40,330 nucleotides of DNA, taken from an uncultured Spirochaetales bacterium. Its GTDB lineage: Bacteria > Spirochaetota > Spirochaetia > CAKZLE01. The notes beneath the pieces are model-generated. The model made no database searches, had not been told where the DNA came from, and saw nothing but the letters and a program-made list of their open reading frames with translations. Made by a program: the position numbers and the translations under genes. Positions within the stretch are counted from its first letter, which is position 1, and the number at the start of each line of letters is the position of its first letter. Location: NCBI GenBank assembly GCA_964473495.1, contig CAYYPJ010000001.1, forward strand, positions 1 to 40,330, written 5' to 3'. Shown here piece after piece: positions 37,037 to 40,330 of the stretch.

Positions 37037-37791
37037 AAGCTATACCCCTTATACTCTTTCTGATCTTTCTTTGTTTGAGTACCTTCAATGATCATCTTGA
37101 CCAAAGGATTATCGGTAATTATACCAGAAGTATCTGTGATTCCAGCAAGGAACAACTCCATTTCATCAGCATTGTTTCTCAGTTCATCAGTATGATTCAA
37201 CCAATAACCTCCGGGACTCTCCACTAAATTTGATCGGACGATCTTCAGGATTTTCTCATCTGCGTCCATACAATCACACAATAATTCGACTTGATACCAG
37301 CGCCCGGGAACTGGAAGATTGATATACCAACTTGTATCGGATTCCTGTATAGGGATATCAAAGTTGCTGAGTACATGATCTACCGAGTCTGTATCATTCG
37401 AGAACTCATACACACGTAAGAATAACTCCAGATCAGAGTACTGCTCTTTTAACTTATTAAGATCTATTCTATTGATATTCCAATAGGCAAAGGCCCAAAA
37501 AGGATCTCTCAACATAAGTGTGATTTGTGTATGTGTATATAATTCAGGTATCTCGAAATCATATTCCGTATCTCCATCGAAGGCTCGTTCGCGAAAGATA
37601 TCGAACTTCGTTCTCTTCTGTCTCATAATATCGTTACGTTGTCGATGATCGGTCAATTCTTCTTCTTGGATTTCTTCTAATACCTCAATCAGATCCTTTC
37701 TAGAGAACTCATCAATATGCCTGACACCCTTTTTTCTTGCAAGGCAGCAAAGCTCCTCGAATGAAAGCGATTGATACCACTCTTTTGACAT
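37033..37791 (-). CDS. DUF4912-like protein with an N-terminal Rho_N/SAP-like helix-extended-helix
   Basis: N-terminal LSFEELCCLARKKGVRHIDEFSRKDLIEVLEEI, and a central LRDPFWAFAYWNI motif recalled as a DUF4912 hallmark. ATGA overlap with the GH57 gene. ATG 37791 has GGAG 9 nt upstream (track GTG start is 37806). Confidence 0.6.
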   Translation of the reverse strand: MSKEWYQSLSFEELCCLARKKGVRHIDEFSRKDLIEVLEEIQEEELTDHRQRNDIMRQKRTKFDIFRERAFDGDTEYDFEIPELYTHTQITLMLRDPFWAFAYWNINRIDLNKLKEQYSDLELFLRVYEFSNDTDSVDHVLSNFDIPIQESDTSWYINLPVPGRWYQVELLCDCMDADEKILKIVRSNLVESPGGYWLNHTDELRNNADEMELFLAGITDTSGIITDNPLVKMIIEGTQTKKDQKEYKGYSL

Positions 37792-37961
37792 AGATATATA
37801 CTCCACATGTTAATTGATAGATACATTAGACTTTATGTGCTTCCCACCCTTAAAACAATATGGTAGATAAAAGAGCTCTTTTAGTCAACAGATAGACAAT
37901 ACAACAGAATAAGTTCCGCCATGCATACGTCTATGTCACAAAAATCCATCTATTCATTCTC

Positions 37962-37991
37962 TGGACTATACAAGAGTAAATAATCTATACT
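37962..37991 (+). promoter_or_regulatory. candidate promoter abutting the 772-aa GH57 gene start
   Basis: TGGACT (37962-37967), 18-nt spacer, TATACT (37986-37991). ATG 37998 is 6 nt downstream with no SD. Confidence 0.3.
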
Positions 37992-37997
37992 AGCACC

Positions 37998-40316
37998 ATG
38001 CAAACGACACTTATACTACATGGTCATTTTTACCAGCCTCCACGAGAGATCCCTGATACTGGTCTTATTCCGAAACAGCACTCTGCATTTCCCCATGTTG
38101 ACTGGAACACACGTATCAACCGTGAATGCTATGCTGCAAATGCATACTCACGTTATGTAACCTATGACGGAAGAGTTGATTCGATCGTGAACAACTATGA
38201 ATTTATATCATACAATTTTGGACCGACGCTCCTGCACTGGTTACAGCAAGAAGATCCTGAGACCTATCAGAGAATACGAGAAGCAGATGCAGCCAGTGTA
38301 TTAAGGAACCAGGGCCATGGGAATGCCATTGCTCAGGGATTCAATCATACAATACTCCCTTTGGATACAGAACACGATGCAAGGACCCAAATAGTTTGGG
38401 GACTGGAAGACTTTTCGTACCATTTCGGCAGGGATGCTGAAGGGATATGGCTGCCTGAAGCTGCAGTTAATCCTATGGTGATTGACATCCTCGTAGATCT
38501 TGGAGTCAAGTTTATTATCCTTTCACCTTTGCAGGCAGCTGCAGTAGAGGAAAGTCCAGGGGTCTGGAAGGACTCAGGCAATCAACAGGCTCTGTACGAC
38601 ATACCATACACCATTGAAGGGACGCATGGATCCATCGCTGCATTCTTCTACCATTCAGGGTTGGCACAAGGTATTAGTTTTAATCACTATCTTCAGGATG
38701 CAGATAAGCTCTATGCCAGATTGCTTGATATCCAGCAATCAGACGCCCCTGCCCTCCTGCACTCTGCTACAGATGGTGAGATATTCGGGCATCACGAACC
38801 TTTTGGCGATATGTGTCTTGCAGCACTTATACATAAAATACAACAAAACGATCAATTCACTCTGTCAAACTATGGAGCATATCTTGAGAGTACTCCCCCC
38901 ACATTACGAGCAAAACTTCATAAGGGCGAAGAGGCAAAGGGAAGTTCCTGGAGTTGTTCCCACGGAGTTTCCCGCTGGTACAAAGACTGTGGGTGCTCAA
39001 CCGGCGGAAAAGATGGATGGAATCAGCGATGGAGAACTCCTTTACGTGAAGCGTTCATGCTACTGAGTGCAAAGTTGAATGATATCTACACGAAAGAGAT
39101 TCATGTGCTTGTACCTCATATTGAAGGACAGGAACTCCTTCATCTGTACGGAAAAGTTCTATCTGGAAGAGAATCCCCTGAACATTTTTCTCATAGCGTG
39201 TTAAGAGATGATACCACAGCAGAGAAGACTGCAAGACTCTTATGTCTTCTTGAGGGTCAACGTTTCAGAATGTATATGTTCACTTCGTGCGGATGGTTCT
39301 TTGCTGATATTTCCGGATTAGAGTCCACACAGAACATGCGTTATGCCATAGAGGCCGCACAACTCTATCAGGGATACACTTCTCAGGATCTTTTAGCGAT
39401 CCTCACAAAATCGCTAAAAGAAGCCAAGAGCAACATTGAGAGTCTCGGAACAGGAGATGATATCCTGAAGTCAATTTACCCTTCATTCCCCCGGGGGTTT
39501 GAAGCTATAGCATTCTACACATTAAACCGACTAGTGGCACTCCCGGAAGCATACAGTGATCACTATGGTATATTTGATCTTGTCAAGATATCGTCACCTG
39601 ATCATTCTCAGTTCAAGATCATTATCATGGACAAGCCTCTCCAAACACAACGTTCATATCACGTTTTTTATCGTTATGATGAACAGGATGGCCTCGTATT
39701 ACACATCCGGGATCTGCAAGACACAGTTCCCCAGATTGCCTATTCTATTGAGACCGCTGATTTGCCTGAGCGTATGATGGATACTGTCTACAGTTGGATC
39801 AATGAATCTCTCTCACGAGTTGCTGATAATGACATCGAACAAATAACCTATGATATAAAGAACTACACAGCATTGATCAAACAGGGTGTTTATGAACCAA
39901 ATGATTCTTTCTATATCACAAATATGGGGACATGTCTGCGAACACTGCACTCGCTATTTCGCAAAGATCTTCCCTATACAATGAAGGGCACTTCACTATT
40001 CATGGAGAATCTTTTGAAGTTCATACAACTAAAAGCGGATGACAAGATTAAGGCAAGTACAGCACAAAGCCTTTCAGCATACATCAATAGCCATGCTCTT
40101 GTCCTGAAGGAATCCTTTTCTCCTGAACAAAGCGAATTCATCTGTAAGATGTTGGTTATTGCAAGATCTACCGGTTTCCCCGTTGATATCACCCAATTGC
40201 AGAATTATGTCTTCACCCATATCTCTCACGCCAGAGTGCAGGGGGGAATCTGCTCTCAGGCCCTTATTCATATAGGAGAACAGACTGGTATAATCGTCGA
40301 TGATCTGAAGAACTAA
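37998..40316 (+). CDS. GH57-family glycoside hydrolase with a long uncharacterised C-terminal region (DUF3536-like)
   Basis: N-terminal HGHFYQPPRE, nucleophile motif IWLPEAAV, and acid/base motif TDGEIFGHHEPFG. About 320 C-terminal residues have no recognised motif. Confidence 0.75.
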   Translation: MQTTLILHGHFYQPPREIPDTGLIPKQHSAFPHVDWNTRINRECYAANAYSRYVTYDGRVDSIVNNYEFISYNFGPTLLHWLQQEDPETYQRIREADAASVLRNQGHGNAIAQGFNHTILPLDTEHDARTQIVWGLEDFSYHFGRDAEGIWLPEAAVNPMVIDILVDLGVKFIILSPLQAAAVEESPGVWKDSGNQQALYDIPYTIEGTHGSIAAFFYHSGLAQGISFNHYLQDADKLYARLLDIQQSDAPALLHSATDGEIFGHHEPFGDMCLAALIHKIQQNDQFTLSNYGAYLESTPPTLRAKLHKGEEAKGSSWSCSHGVSRWYKDCGCSTGGKDGWNQRWRTPLREAFMLLSAKLNDIYTKEIHVLVPHIEGQELLHLYGKVLSGRESPEHFSHSVLRDDTTAEKTARLLCLLEGQRFRMYMFTSCGWFFADISGLESTQNMRYAIEAAQLYQGYTSQDLLAILTKSLKEAKSNIESLGTGDDILKSIYPSFPRGFEAIAFYTLNRLVALPEAYSDHYGIFDLVKISSPDHSQFKIIIMDKPLQTQRSYHVFYRYDEQDGLVLHIRDLQDTVPQIAYSIETADLPERMMDTVYSWINESLSRVADNDIEQITYDIKNYTALIKQGVYEPNDSFYITNMGTCLRTLHSLFRKDLPYTMKGTSLFMENLLKFIQLKADDKIKASTAQSLSAYINSHALVLKESFSPEQSEFICKMLVIARSTGFPVDITQLQNYVFTHISHARVQGGICSQALIHIGEQTGIIVDDLKN

Positions 40317-40330
40317 CGAGAACCGACGAG

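Noticed and set aside
1-40330. Whole-window search for CRISPR arrays, long tandem or dispersed repeats, IS elements, tRNA/rRNA genes and compositional islands
   Set aside because: I saw no spaced direct repeats, transposase-like ORFs, tRNA T-loop signatures or abrupt composition changes by eye. The only periodic repeat is the short mraZ operator array.

Overview
The window reads as a conserved chromosomal core region of about 40% GC. It has strong Shine-Dalgarno usage and many 4-nt ATGA stop/start overlaps. Gene order looks spirochaete-like, but that is from memory of Borrelia/Treponema maps and was not checked. From left to right the window holds: a secreted protein plus lipoprotein pair of unknown function; fba; infC-rpmI-rplT plus a ZapB-like coiled-coil gene; a TPR-tsaE-tsaB unit; trxB; glgA-glgC; a minus-strand nnr, membrane protein and Nudix trio; secA; and a LysM protein with a degenerate M23 domain, divergent from a class B PBP. 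A roughly 15.6-kb co-directional minus-strand block follows: mraZ-rsmH-ftsL-murF-mraY-ftsW-ftsQ-ftsA-ftsZ-xerD-dprA-xerC-hslV-hslU-flhF-flhG. The window ends with a divergent GH57 / DUF4912-like / GH57 glycogen locus. I found no CRISPR array, transposase, phage module, tRNA/rRNA gene, compositional island or recognisable defence or toxin module. I therefore cannot support a clear novel multi-gene system here. The most unusual observation is an isolated flhF-flhG pair fused to the division/hslVU block. Its FlhG keeps the N-terminal DQAxxLR FlhF-activator motif, but its deviant Walker A is destroyed (SGRKEAGVS instead of SGKGGVGKS). FlhF carries DTIGK instead of DTAGR. Secondary points are a catalytically dead LytM factor beside the PBP, a 10-bp-periodic GTGG operator in the mraZ promoter, an anti-SD pairing in the rpmI leader, three SD-less starts abutting promoter-like hexamers, and the GH57-DUF4912 pairing. 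All calls come from reading the translations and sequence by eye. No searches were run.
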